From an uncultured Acidobacteriota bacterium (GTDB lineage Bacteria; Acidobacteriota; Blastocatellia; RBC074), in NCBI GenBank assembly GCA_963796275.1, contig CAWCKY010000006.1, forward strand, positions 960,001 to 1,024,000: a stretch of DNA of 64,000 nucleotides, in the 5' to 3' direction. Made by a program: the position numbers and the translations under genes. The notes under the pieces are model-generated. The model saw only the letters and a program-made list of their open reading frames with translations. It was not told the DNA's origin and searched no databases. The stretch's first letter is position 1, and each line of letters begins with the position of its first letter. Positions 43,840 through 55,042 of the stretch are shown in pieces.

Positions 43840-45429
43840 ATGAGGCTGATCACCATATTGATCGGTGCGGCGACCTTGATATCGGTGTCCTTTTTACCGA
43901 CTTACGCGCAAAGGGCGCAGGTCGCCGATGATCAGCAACAGCCGAGTAGTGCCGAACAATACCATCTTCAGGGAATCAAGCTCGGACAGCAGGGAAAGCT
44001 CGATGAGGCTATCGGCTCATTCCGCGAGGCGATCCGACTGAAGCCCGATTTCACGGAAGCGCGCGCGAACCTGGGTCTGGTTCTCCAGCAGAAAGGGGAT
44101 CTCGAGGCTGCGATCGGCGAGTTTCACAGGGCGGTCGAGCAACGGCCCGAATCGGCCGAGTTTCGCAGCGCATATGGATTTGCGCTCGGTCAAAAAGGCG
44201 ATCTGGCCGGCGCGCTCTCTCAATTCGAGACCGCCGTTAGACTCAAACCCGGGCTTCACGAAGCGCAATTTCGTCTGGGCGTGACGCGATGGCTGACCGG
44301 AGCGTACGAGCCGGCCATTCCTCCGCTACGCGAAGCGATAAAACTCGAACCGAACCATGTCGAGTCGCACTACTATCTGGGGCTGGTATTACAAAAAACT
44401 GGACAATCGGGCGAGGCGATCGATGAGTTGCGGAAGGCATCGAGGCTGGGGCCGAAGATAGCCGACGTCCATGCTGCTCTGGGCAACGCTCTGCTTGCCG
44501 ATGAAGATTTCGAAGGCGCAGTCGAGGCATTGCGTGCGGCGATCAGGATCAATCCGGGGAAGGTACAGGCTCGCAATGATCTGGGCCTGACGCTCATCCA
44601 GAAGCGCGAGGCTGATGCTGCCGTGACGGAACTCAACGCGGTTCTCAAGATCGAACCGAACAATCTCGTCGCGCATCACAATTTGGGCCTCGCGCTGATG
44701 CAGAAGGCCGATTATACGAAAGCCATTGAGGTCTATCGGAAATTGCTCGCGCTCAACTCGAACGATGCGGAGGGCTATTACAATCTCGGACTGGCGTTGA
44801 AATACAAGGACGAGTTCGCGGGCGCGACGGAGGCGCTCAAACGAAGCATTGAGCTCCGGCCCGATTTACAGGAGGCGCATTACACGCTGGGCGTCATCTT
44901 CTGGCAGCAGGGAAAACTCAATGAAGCCATTATGGCTTTTCGCGGCGCGATTGCGGTCAAGCCGGATTTCGCCGAGGCTCATTACACGCTCGGCACCGTG
45001 CTTCAGCAGAAGGGTGAGTTAGATGCGGCGATCGCGGAGTTTCGCGAGGCGATAAAGCTTGCGCCGATGAATCCCGAGGTACACAATACGCTCGGCAATG
45101 CGCTGCGCGGGAAAGGCGAGCGCGAGCATGCCCGCGCGGCCTTTCTGGAAGGCGCGCGATTGCAAAAGCTCAAATCGAACAACCAGGCCGCGACATTTGC
45201 GACTAACACCGGCATTCAGAAGCTGAAAAGCGGTGATCTCACCGCAGCCATAGAATTGTTCGAAAAGGCGATCGGTCTCGATCCCGAATACGCACCAGCT
45301 CATTATCAGTTAGGTCTGGCATTTCAGAAGCGGGGCAAACTTACGGAGGCGCAGAACGCTTTCGTTCGCGCGCGGAAGCTTGACCCGAAGTTGAGAATGC
45401 CGGAGTTGGATCGTCGTTCCGGCCACTAG
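43840..45429 (+). CDS. Exported long TPR-repeat protein
   Basis: Signal peptide MRLITILIG...TYA-Q followed by more than 10 tandem TPRs (AHYTLG, ARNDLG, YYNLG). Confidence 0.9.
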   Translation: MRLITILIGAATLISVSFLPTYAQRAQVADDQQQPSSAEQYHLQGIKLGQQGKLDEAIGSFREAIRLKPDFTEARANLGLVLQQKGDLEAAIGEFHRAVEQRPESAEFRSAYGFALGQKGDLAGALSQFETAVRLKPGLHEAQFRLGVTRWLTGAYEPAIPPLREAIKLEPNHVESHYYLGLVLQKTGQSGEAIDELRKASRLGPKIADVHAALGNALLADEDFEGAVEALRAAIRINPGKVQARNDLGLTLIQKREADAAVTELNAVLKIEPNNLVAHHNLGLALMQKADYTKAIEVYRKLLALNSNDAEGYYNLGLALKYKDEFAGATEALKRSIELRPDLQEAHYTLGVIFWQQGKLNEAIMAFRGAIAVKPDFAEAHYTLGTVLQQKGELDAAIAEFREAIKLAPMNPEVHNTLGNALRGKGEREHARAAFLEGARLQKLKSNNQAATFATNTGIQKLKSGDLTAAIELFEKAIGLDPEYAPAHYQLGLAFQKRGKLTEAQNAFVRARKLDPKLRMPELDRRSGH

Positions 45430-45566
45430 ACGGTAAAATGTGAGGTAGAATGTGAGACGGAAAAGGGTTCCCTATTTTTCTTGACCTACATTTTCCTTCT
45501 GGTGACACAGCCGGCGATATCAGGTCTTTCCTCTAAAGTCAGTCGTCGAAAACGCGGAGAAGAGCG

Positions 45567-46646
45567 ATGAACAAGGGTGGTCGAATGCAATCCGGGGGCC
45601 TGTACCTGGTATCTTTGATGCTACTCTGTTCTTCTTTGGTTTTCGCTCAATCTGGAAGCGGCAAACGGGAAGTCCTCAAGCAAGATGGCACAATAAAGAT
45701 AGACACTTCGCTGGTGTTGGTCGACGGAATAGTCATGGGCAAGAAGAACAGGGCGATTATCGGAGACCTCGGGCGCGAAGACTTCATCATACGAGAAAAC
45801 GGAAGACCCCAAGCTATCACGCATTTCAGCCGCGAAGAGCTGCCTCTTTCCATTGTGTTACTCGTAGATGTCAGCGGCAGCGTGCGCCCAATAATCGATG
45901 AAATACAGAACGCCACGCTTCAGGCGTTTTCCGAGTTGAAGCCTGCCGACAGAGTCGGTTTGATGATCTTCGCCAACAAGGCCAAAGTGATTACCGGGCT
46001 GACGGCCGACCGCGATCAGATATCTGTCAAGTTTGGGGATATCTGGAATGAGCCGGGGGAGATCGGTTCCGGCACCTTCATTACCCGGGGGGTATATGAA
46101 GCGGCACGTTTTCTGCGTCAGGAGACCTCGGCGAGCGACCGTCGCGCCATTATTTTGATCACGGATGACCAAGATTTCCGTAACCATATACCGTCTCGTG
46201 ATGTTGTATTGAATGAGCTCTATGAAAGCGGGACGACGCTTTGCGGCATTGTCGTCGGCCGGGGAAACAACGCGCGCAAAGCCGTGACTCTGGGCGCGAC
46301 CGCGGCGATCACGGCGATCAATCCGGCTGTCGGCGGAGTTCTGATCGGGATGAAGATTTTGCGCAGGGCGACGTCGCCGGGAAGCACATCGCATTATTTC
46401 TCGGAGCGGACTGGCGGAGTAACTGTCGCCGCGAAAACAGACGGAGTGGGTGATGCATTCATTGAGATGGTCCAGTTGTTGCGAACCCGCTATACTTTCG
46501 GATACGAACCTTCCGACCTGACTGATGACGGCAAGCTGCGTACCATCAAACTTGAAGTACAGAGCGAAGTGCAGAGACGGAAAGGCAAGATGCATGTCAT
46601 TGCGCGTCGCGGGTATTATCTGAAAACAAGAGGCAGCAGGCAGTAA
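45567..46646 (+). CDS. VWA-domain protein, acidobacterial VWFA-related type
   Basis: IKIDTSLVLVD...L.REDFII.ENG.PQ, MIDAS DVSGS, IILITD, TGG...RYTFGY.P...ARRGYY. Confidence 0.88.
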   Translation: MNKGGRMQSGGLYLVSLMLLCSSLVFAQSGSGKREVLKQDGTIKIDTSLVLVDGIVMGKKNRAIIGDLGREDFIIRENGRPQAITHFSREELPLSIVLLVDVSGSVRPIIDEIQNATLQAFSELKPADRVGLMIFANKAKVITGLTADRDQISVKFGDIWNEPGEIGSGTFITRGVYEAARFLRQETSASDRRAIILITDDQDFRNHIPSRDVVLNELYESGTTLCGIVVGRGNNARKAVTLGATAAITAINPAVGGVLIGMKILRRATSPGSTSHYFSERTGGVTVAAKTDGVGDAFIEMVQLLRTRYTFGYEPSDLTDDGKLRTIKLEVQSEVQRRKGKMHVIARRGYYLKTRGSRQ

Positions 46647-46746
46647 GCAGTTCTGAATCAGTCTGTATTTGTCAATAAAGAAATTTTGTCGATTTTTTAC
46701 CGCAGTCCAGGCCAACTGCCTGCCATCTCAGTTGAGAAAGGAATTG

Positions 46747-47802
46747 ATGAAGCGGTTGAGAGTATCTCTATTTTTATTGCAGCTGGTTCTGGTATTGAGC
46801 TGGCCGGCGTTCGCGCAAGAGCGGGATTTACGATCACCCGAAGATTCACTCCAGCAGCGTCTGCGCGCGCTCGAAGAGCGGCTCGAATTCATGGAGCCGG
46901 CGCTTGCGAAAGACATCGATGACCTCATGTGGGTTTTGAGGCTGAACGACATTGCTCTAGTCGATAAGGTCCGTTACACCGGACCGCCGCCGCGCGTGGT
47001 CCCGAACACGACGGGTCAGGGAGCGAACAACCCCGTTATTATTCCAGCCTATACTTTCATTCCCAAACAGTATGCGACCGGAAAGATACCTCTGATCGTT
47101 CTCGTTCATGGCGGCGTTCATGGCAACTTCGAGACCAATTACGTCCACATCGTGCGCGAACTGGTGAGCCAGGGATATGCTGTGATGGCGCCCGAATATC
47201 GCGGAAGCAGCGGATACGGGCGCGGATTCTGGCGCCTCATCGATTACGGCGGGATGGAGACCGAAGATGTTTTTGCGGGAAAGCAATGGATGATCGAGAA
47301 CTACCCGAACATCGACCCGCAGCGAGTCGGGATTATGGGATGGAGCCACGGCGGAATGATATCGCTTCTGAACGTTTTCGAACATCCGCGGGACTACCAG
47401 GTGGTTTACGCCGGCGTACCAGTGAGCGATCTGATCGCTCGAATGGGCTATAAAAGCCAGGGCTATCGCGATCTCTATTCGGCGCCCTACCATCTGGGCA
47501 AGACCGCAGAACAGAATGTCAACGAATATAAACGCCGCTCTCCGGCCTGGAACGCCGAGAAACTGAATACGCCGCTGCTCGTTCACTCAAACACAAATGA
47601 CGAAGATGTGAATGTGCTCGAAGTTGAGCATCTCATCAAATCGCTGAAAGCCGCGGGAAAGAAGTTCGATTACAAGATATATGACAATGCGCCGGGCGGG
47701 CACGCATTCAATCGTCTCGATACGAAGCTCGCGAAAGATTCGCGCGCGGAGATCTATCGATTTCTGGCTCAGTATTTGAATCCACCTAATGCGGTGAAAT
47801 AG
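46747..47802 (+). CDS. Exported S9 (prolyl oligopeptidase-like) alpha/beta-hydrolase
   Basis: VLVHGG, YRGSSGYG, nucleophile GWSHGG, NDEDV and GGHAF, plus a signal peptide. Confidence 0.88.
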   Translation: MKRLRVSLFLLQLVLVLSWPAFAQERDLRSPEDSLQQRLRALEERLEFMEPALAKDIDDLMWVLRLNDIALVDKVRYTGPPPRVVPNTTGQGANNPVIIPAYTFIPKQYATGKIPLIVLVHGGVHGNFETNYVHIVRELVSQGYAVMAPEYRGSSGYGRGFWRLIDYGGMETEDVFAGKQWMIENYPNIDPQRVGIMGWSHGGMISLLNVFEHPRDYQVVYAGVPVSDLIARMGYKSQGYRDLYSAPYHLGKTAEQNVNEYKRRSPAWNAEKLNTPLLVHSNTNDEDVNVLEVEHLIKSLKAAGKKFDYKIYDNAPGGHAFNRLDTKLAKDSRAEIYRFLAQYLNPPNAVK

Positions 47803-48345
47803 TTTTCAGTTGTGACTGCTCGGCCTTTCGCCGCGTTAGCGGCGGTTGAGCTTGAAGGATATGGCTGGGCGCAGTTACTTCATGCCGAAAGACGTGAATA
47901 CAACGGAAAAGCCGGTGAATAAAGATTCACCCCAAAACAGTTTTCAGTTATGACTGCTCAGCCTCATCGCATTAGCGGCGGCAGCCTCTTCGCCGCGTTA
48001 GCGGCGGCTGATTGTAGCCGTGGGTTTTAACCCACGGGAGGCTTGAAGGATATTCCCGCGTCGCGTTAGCGACGCCTGAATTCAACCGTCGCTGACGCGA
48101 CGTGAAAAAATCTACCGCCACCGTGGGTTAAAACCCACGGCTACAATCAGCCGCCGCTAACGCGGCGATGGCTGGGCAGTTAATTTCAGTTTTAGTTTTT
48201 AGTAGTCGATAGAGACGCCCAACTAAAAACTAAAAACTAAAAGCCGCTAACGCGGCGAAGGCTGGGCAGTTAATTTCAGTTTTAGTTTTTAGTTATCTAG
48301 AGGGACCGCCCAACTAAAAACTAAAAACTAAAAACTGAAAACTTT
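47803..48345. repeat. Composite REP array with heptamer palindromes and a 90-bp tandem duplication
   Basis: CGCCGCGTTAGCGGCG and CCGTGGGTTTTAACCCACGG hairpins. Direct repeat at 47803/47940. Tandem units start at 48153 and 48243 with (AGTTTTT)n...(AAAAACT)n. Confidence 0.85.
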
Positions 48346-48365
48346 TTTCAGAGGAGTAATCACTC

Positions 48366-51300
48366 GTGAAGACATCCCTTCGTGTACTTAGCATCCTCTT
48401 GTTCTTCGTCTTTCCGCTGTTTTCAGCCGGCGCACAGGAGCAGAAGCCGGATCAGAAGCAGGAACAGAAAGCAGATCCGATGTCATCGGCCACCTTCTCT
48501 GGCTTGCCTATGCGCTCAATCGGACCCGCCTTGACATCCGGGCGCGTGATCGCATTCGCGGTCGACCCGAGTGACCGGGCGAAATATTACGTCGCGTCGG
48601 CGTCGGGCGGCGTCTGGAAGACCGTCAATGCTGGCACGACGTGGACGTCCGTCTTCGACAATTACGGCTCATATTCGATCGGGGCGATCGCGCTCGATCC
48701 GAAGGACGCAGCGGTCGTCTGGGTCGGGACGGGTGAGCGTAACAGCCAGCGGAGCGTCAGTTACGGCGATGGGGTATACAAGTCCGAAGACGGCGGCAAG
48801 AGTTTTAAGAAAGTCGGTCTGGAGAAATCGGAGCACATCGGCCGCATCGTCATCGATCCGCGCGATTCGAAAATCGTTTACGTCGCTGCGCAGGGTCCGT
48901 TGTGGGGGCCGGGCGGCGATCGCGGATTGTTCAAGACGGCCGATGGCGGCAAGACCTGGAAGAATATCCTAAACATCAGCGAGAACACCGGAATCACGGA
49001 CGTCGTGATAGATCCATCGAATCCGGATATCCTTTATGCGGCATCCTATCAACGGCGCCGGCACGTCTGGACCCTCATCAACGGCGGCCCGGAGAGCGCC
49101 ATTCACAAATCGACCGATGCAGGTGCGACATGGACGAAGCTGCGGTCGGGATTGCCCGCCGGCGAACTGGGCCGCATTGGACTAGATGTTTCTCCGGTTG
49201 ATTCCACCGTCGTTTACGCAACGGTGGAAGCGGAGGGCGATCAGAGCGGCATCTTCCGTTCGAAAGATCGCGGAGCGACCTGGGAGCGGATGAGTCCGAA
49301 CATCGCGCAGGGAATGTACTATGGCCAGATCGTGTGTGACCCGAAGGATGTCGATCGAATTTACGTACCGAACGTGATCCTGATGGTATCGGACGATGGC
49401 GGTCGTACGTTGCGGCCGCTCGGTGAGAGATCGAAGCACGTCGACAATCACGCAATCTGGATCGATCCGAAGAACACCGATTACTACCTCGTCGGCTGCG
49501 ATGGCGGGGTGTACGAGAGCTTCGATCGGGGGCAGAACTGGCATTACAAGTCCAACTTGTCGATCACGCAATTTTACGATGTGACGGTCGATAACTCGAC
49601 CCCGTTTTATTTCGTGTGCGGCGGCACACAGGATAACTACAGTATGTGCGGCCCCTCGCGCACGCGCAGCGCGAGCGGAATAACCAACGGCGATTGGTTT
49701 GTGACAAACGGAGGTGACGGATTCCATACGCGCGTCGATCCGGAAGATCCGAATACGATCTACGCCACGCTGCAGTACGGAAGTCTCATACGCTTCGACA
49801 AGCGAACGGGAGAGCGGATCGGCATTCAGCCCAAGCCGGGAAAGGGCGAACCTCCGCTGCGCTGGAACTGGGATTCGCCGATGATCATCAGCCCGCATCT
49901 GCATACGCGGTTGTACTTCGCGGCTAACCGATTATTTCGCAGCGATGACCGCGGCGACACCTGGCGGGCGATCAGTCCGGACCTTACCCGCCAGCTTGAC
50001 CGCAATAAGCTTCCCGTAATGGGAAAGGTCTGGGGGCCGGATGCCGTGGCCAAACATCAATCGACCTCGTTCTACGGCAATATCGTCGCGTTGAGCGAAT
50101 CGCCCAAGAAAGAAGGTCTGATCTATGTGGGGACAGACGACGGACTGATACAGGTCACCGAAGACGGCGGGCGCAATTGGATCAAAGTCGAAAATTTTCC
50201 GGGAGTTCCTGAACGGACGTATGTCACGCGCATCTTCGCCTCGCAGCACGATATGAACACGGTCTATGCATTATTCAACAATCACAAGAATTCAGATTTC
50301 GCGCCCTATCTTTTAAAGAGCACCGATGCGGGCAAGAGCTGGAGTTCGATATCGAGCAATCTGCCGAAGAACGGCCCGCTATGGGCGATCGCCGAGGACC
50401 ACGTCAATCCGGGCTTGCTTTTCGCCGGCACCGAGTTCGGCCTCTTCTTTACGATCGATGGCGGCGCCAAGTGGATACAATTGAAAGGCGGGATGCCGAC
50501 GATCGCGGTGCGCGATCTGGCGATTCAGAAGCGTGAGAACGATCTGGTCGCCGGCACTTTCGGGCGCGGTATCTTTATTCTGGATGATTACACTGTGCTG
50601 CGATTGACGAAGTCGGAGACGCTGGCGCAGGAGAGCTATCTCTTTCCGGTGAACGAGGCGATGATATACATCGAGTCTCAGCCGCTCGGCGGGCGCGGCA
50701 AATCATTCCAGGGAGAGAGCTATTTCACTGCGCCCAATCCGCCCTTTGGCGCGACGATGACATACTATTTGAAAGAGCCGCTCAAGACGAAGAGACAATT
50801 GCGCAAGGATGCCGAGAAGAAGGGCGGGGAAGTGGCCTATCCGACGCGCGAAGAGCTTAGTGCGGAGGCCGAAGAGGAAGCGCCCGCCATTATCTTAACG
50901 GTGAGCGATGGCTTGGGACGGGTAATTCGCCGGCTCAGCGGTCCGTCGTCAGCCGGATTGCATCGCATAACCTGGGAATCTGCGTTATCCGGCGACGCAA
51001 CTGGCGCCGCCCCGCCAGGCCGAGGCCGGCGATCCGGAAGAGATTTTTAGAGGGGCGCCCGCGGGCCATCTAGTGATGCCGGGCAAATATACGGTCACAC
51101 TGGCGAAGCGAGCGGGCGGCGTATGGACGCAGCTGGCCGGACCGCTATCCTTCAACGTCATAACGGAAGGTCTGAATACTATGGCAGCGGCGGATCGCGA
51201 GAAGCTCTTCGAGTTTCAGCAGAAGGTTGCAAAGCTGCAGCGCGCCGTGAACGGAGCTCTATCATCAGCCAACGAGTTGAAGACGAAACTCGCGACGGCC

Positions 51301-51669
51301 AGGCGCGCTTTGCTGGAGACTCCATCGGCCAGCGATAAGCTGATCGATGATGCGGCCATCATCGACAGACGATTAAATGAGGTCCTGAAGGCGCTGCGCG
51401 GCGATGTCGCCCTGCGCGCGCGCCAGGAGAACCTGCCGCCTGCGATCAGCGATCGCGTGAACGGCATCGTCGCCGAGCAGCGGATGTCGACTTCAAAGCC
51501 GACGCAGACGCAGATAAATGCCTATCACATCGCCGCGGAGGAGTTCGAGGTCGAATTGAAGAAGCTCCGTTCGCTGGTCGATGTTGACATAGCCAGGCTG
51601 GAGAGATCGATGGAGAGCGTCGGGGCGCCGTGGACGCCGGGACGCGTGCCGGTTTGGCAGGACAGGTAA
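48366..51669 (+). CDS. BNR/Asp-box (VPS10/sortilin-like) putative glycosyl hydrolase, with one apparent +1 indel near 50977
   Basis: RSIGPA..SGRV and many SxDxGxTW repeats. Removing one A at ~50977 gives WDLRYP...GHLVMPGKY, joining the 51073..51669 ORF. Confidence 0.85.
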
Positions 51670-51678
51670 GGGCAGTTC

Positions 51679-51836
51679 ACATTGTTCATTGTTGATTGTT
51701 CATTTTAGATTTGTCATTTAAGAAACGCGGCTCCAACAATGACAAGGTAAAATGTATGTAACTGCGCAGCTTCTTCGCCGCGGGCCGCAGCTCTTCAATG
51801 ACAAATCTAAAATGAACAATCAACAATGAACAATGT
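51679..51836. repeat. Perfect 40-bp heptameric inverted repeat between convergent genes (possible bidirectional terminator)
   Basis: ACATTGTTCATTGTTGATTGTTCATTTTAGATTTGTCATT (51679-51718) is the exact reverse complement of 51797-51836. Confidence 0.85.
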
Positions 51837-51846
51837 AATGGTTGAT

Positions 51847-53676
51847 TCAATTGACGGATGGCAGAATGATTTTGAATGACGTGCCTTCGCCGACTTCTGA
51901 CAATACCCTGATGCGCCCATTGTGAAGCTGAACGGCGCGAAACGCCTGGGCCAAACCGATGCCGCTGCCTTTCGGTTTGGTAGTGTAATAGAGGTTGAAA
52001 ATTTTATCGCGCGCCTCTTCCGGGATGCCCGGACCGTGGTCTGTGATTGAGATGAAGATATGGCCGTCATCCTTGCCGGTCTCTACGATGAGCTTCCCGC
52101 CTTTCGGCATTACCTGGCAACCGTTGATGATGATATTGAGGAGAGCCTGCTTGAGCAGGTCGGAGTCGGCTTTGATGGTGAGCGGGCTTCCGCCGTAATG
52201 CTCTTCGAGATCGATGCCCTGAGCGCGCGCATCGGCGGCGAGCAATACGACCTCGCGCACGAGCACATTCGCATCCACCTGGTGAAGCTTCAATTCGACC
52301 GGGCGCGTGAAATCGAGGAAGGTGAGCACCACGCGCTTGAGGCGGTTGACTTCAGACATCAGGATATCGACGTGCGGTTTCGGATCGAGCCCGGCATCGA
52401 GCTTCGCGCCGAGGAGTTCCAGGTGTAGCACCATAGCGTGCAATGGGTTTTTCACTTCGTGTGCGACTCCGGCCGTTATACGGTTGAGCGCGGCGAGTTT
52501 GGTCGCGAAATCGAGTTGCGTTTCCAGTCGCTGCAGCGTTTCGAAGTCGCGCAGGGTGAGGAGCGCGCCCGCCGGTTGCCCGCGGTCTTCGAAGAGCTGG
52601 AGCGAGGCCACGATGGCCAGCGGTTGTTTCGATCCATTGATATTGAGCGATGTCACTTCCTGTAACGACTGGCGGCTGGCATAGGCACGCTCGGCGAGCG
52701 AACTGATCGGGTGATTGATGCTGAGCACGTCGGCGAGTCGTTGCCCGCGCAGAGAAAGATTGCCGCCGCTCAGCATCCTTTCGGCTTCGGGGCTCGCCAT
52801 AATCACGCGCCGCTCGCGGTCGAGCAGCAGGACGCGTTCGGAAAGACTACCGACGACCTGTTGCAGCTGGTCGCGAATCGCTTCGATTTCAGTGCGGTTC
52901 CCGGCAAACCGGCGGCCGAGCTCGCGCAGGCGCTGCGCGATGCTTTGCATCTCGACGTTGACGGGACGCGGTTCCGTTATGGTGCTCTCGGCCTCGAGTT
53001 GTTCAACGCTCTCCATCACTTCGCGCAGTGGCCACAACACGAGATTGGATGAGAGCAGCGCGATAAGTACGCAGAGACCGATGATGATGATGCCGACTGC
53101 CAGGCTGAGTTTGATCGTGGGCGATAATTTGGCGCGCAGCGTCGAAGCCTGCACGCCCGTAATAATGTGAGCGAAGTCTTTCTTGTTGAGGATGAGCGTG
53201 CTCTTCAATTGATAGATGTCATCGTCGTTATAGAGCATCCAGAGTTGTTTGTACCATCGCGCATTCTGCAGCTCATTTATCTGTTTGATCTTGCTGACGG
53301 ACTGCAAGATGTTGAGCGGATCGGATTGCGCAATGATGGCGCCGTCGGTGGATTCCATCGCGCAGTAGATGAAATCCTTGTTCCTGCCCGTGCTCGCTTT
53401 GATCATCGAGCGGACCCCTTCATCGAGTCCGATAGCGACCTGAGGCTCTTCCAGAGGCCGGTTATTGATGGCGCGCTGCGCAAAGGTGTAGAGCTGATCG
53501 GCGAAATTATCGGCCGCGGCGGGAAAATATCCGGGATCAGGCTGGTTCTCTTTAGGCGCTATTTGAGTGTTGAGCAGACTGGAGATGTTGAAGCACAAAA
53601 ATGCTCCCGTCACCAGGATGACCAGAATGATTATGACAGCTACGTGCCGTGTGCGTACACTGGGCTCCCAGCTCAT
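51847..53676 (-). CDS. Sensor histidine kinase (2 TM, HAMP-like, PAS, HisKA, HATPase), no adjacent response regulator
   Basis: H-box AHEVKNPL, N-box QALLNIIING, DHGPGI, and YTTKPKGSGIGL. Confidence 0.93.
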   Translation of the reverse strand: MSWEPSVRTRHVAVIIILVILVTGAFLCFNISSLLNTQIAPKENQPDPGYFPAAADNFADQLYTFAQRAINNRPLEEPQVAIGLDEGVRSMIKASTGRNKDFIYCAMESTDGAIIAQSDPLNILQSVSKIKQINELQNARWYKQLWMLYNDDDIYQLKSTLILNKKDFAHIITGVQASTLRAKLSPTIKLSLAVGIIIIGLCVLIALLSSNLVLWPLREVMESVEQLEAESTITEPRPVNVEMQSIAQRLRELGRRFAGNRTEIEAIRDQLQQVVGSLSERVLLLDRERRVIMASPEAERMLSGGNLSLRGQRLADVLSINHPISSLAERAYASRQSLQEVTSLNINGSKQPLAIVASLQLFEDRGQPAGALLTLRDFETLQRLETQLDFATKLAALNRITAGVAHEVKNPLHAMVLHLELLGAKLDAGLDPKPHVDILMSEVNRLKRVVLTFLDFTRPVELKLHQVDANVLVREVVLLAADARAQGIDLEEHYGGSPLTIKADSDLLKQALLNIIINGCQVMPKGGKLIVETGKDDGHIFISITDHGPGIPEEARDKIFNLYYTTKPKGSGIGLAQAFRAVQLHNGRIRVLSEVGEGTSFKIILPSVN

Positions 53677-53952
53677 GCCGTTCGCCTACTCCCTCCGCAA
53701 AGAATATCTATTTGGGCCAGTTCGACAATGGTCGACTACCAATCCGTAAAACCAAGTTATTGGGGCTTGTCAATCTCTTCTCGGGTAGTGATGGTTAACA
53801 GGCACACAAGAACAAACGAAAGCGAATAAAACATAGAACAGCGAACCTCAATTTAGTCTGTTATTCCTTGGCTGGCAAGTATTTTCTTGCGCTTTCATCG
53901 AAACGCGAATTCGACGCACCAGCGCGATAAAGTCGAAATATACGTTGGGGAT

Positions 53953-53984
53953 TTAACATTCACCGAACATGCATATCTTATGAT
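53953..53984 (+). promoter_or_regulatory. Candidate Pho-box-like direct repeat plus -10 element upstream of pstS
   Basis: TTAACAT-N4-CGAACAT (11 bp period) followed by TATGAT at 53979. Confidence 0.4.
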
Positions 53985-54030
53985 CCTCCGTGATCCCGAA
54001 AATTTGGAAATTTCGCAACAAAGGAAAAAT

Positions 54031-54903
54031 ATGAAAAAGATCCTGATTCTGATGACGGTGTTGACTATCATAGGATCGTTGAACGGATGCGGTGGCGGCG
54101 AAGCGGCCAGATCTGCTGCTACACCGACTCCAACTCCTTCCAATAAATTAGCAATCTTCGGCTCAACCACCGTGCTCCCCATCGCGCAGAAAGTCATGGA
54201 AGCGTTCCAAACGCGCAAACCGGTGATAAAAATTACCCTCACCGGTGGCGGCTCATTGGCTGGTATCAATGCCCTGGTGGATGGCTATGCCGATATCGCC
54301 ATGTCTTCCCGCGAGATGAAAAAAGAGGAGAAAGAAAAGCTGAAGCAAAGGAAGGGGATAGCAGCCAGGGAGAACATTGTAGCCTGGGACGGGATTATTC
54401 CCATCGTCCACCCCTCTAACCCTGTGAAAAACCTGACCATCGCGCAACTCAAAGACATCTATACCGGCAAGGTCACAGACTGGGGGCAGGTCGGCGGTAA
54501 GAAAGGCAACATCACAGTCGTCTCACGCGACTTCACTTCGGGAACTCATGAAGCCTGGGCGGAGCTGGTCCTGAATAACGAATCGGTAGTTGCCTCGGCG
54601 GAGGAGAAGTCATCGAGCAGTGCGGTTCTGGAAAAGATTGCGAGCACACCGAATGCGATCGGTTACGACGGAATCGGTTATGTCGAAGGTAATAATCGGG
54701 TTAAGAGCGTCAGCGTCGAGGGACAAACGGCTTCTGCCAGCAGTATTCTGGATAGATCGTACAAAATCGCGCGTCCGCTCTATCTGCTCACCCGTGAAAA
54801 CCCAAACGCAACCGTCGGAGAATTCTTGAACTTCGTTGTGAGCCCTGAGGGACAGGCTTTGATCAGGGAAGCGAAGTTCGTCCCGTTATCACAGCGCCCG
54901 TAA
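54031..54903 (+). CDS. pstS: Phosphate ABC transporter substrate-binding lipoprotein
   Basis: Lipobox-like LNGC, GSTTVLP, GGGS..GI, DIAMSSR, SR...SGT, and Y.IARPLY. Confidence 0.85.
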   Translation: MKKILILMTVLTIIGSLNGCGGGEAARSAATPTPTPSNKLAIFGSTTVLPIAQKVMEAFQTRKPVIKITLTGGGSLAGINALVDGYADIAMSSREMKKEEKEKLKQRKGIAARENIVAWDGIIPIVHPSNPVKNLTIAQLKDIYTGKVTDWGQVGGKKGNITVVSRDFTSGTHEAWAELVLNNESVVASAEEKSSSSAVLEKIASTPNAIGYDGIGYVEGNNRVKSVSVEGQTASASSILDRSYKIARPLYLLTRENPNATVGEFLNFVVSPEGQALIREAKFVPLSQRP

Positions 54904-55042
54904 TCATCAATACGAGAGCAGATGACAGCATACGAAGGGGCACTCAGTGGCGGTAGCGTCACTCTCTTATCCGACCACCTTCCACCCATGAATTCACTAT
55001 TTATTGACATTCAGTTTGGTCGTTTAACGCCCAAGCCGAATT

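Noticed and set aside
47803-48345. Possible CRISPR array (repeats with variable centres)
   Set aside because: There are only two ~90-bp units, the repeats are low-complexity palindromes, there is no regular repeat-spacer period, and no cas genes are present.
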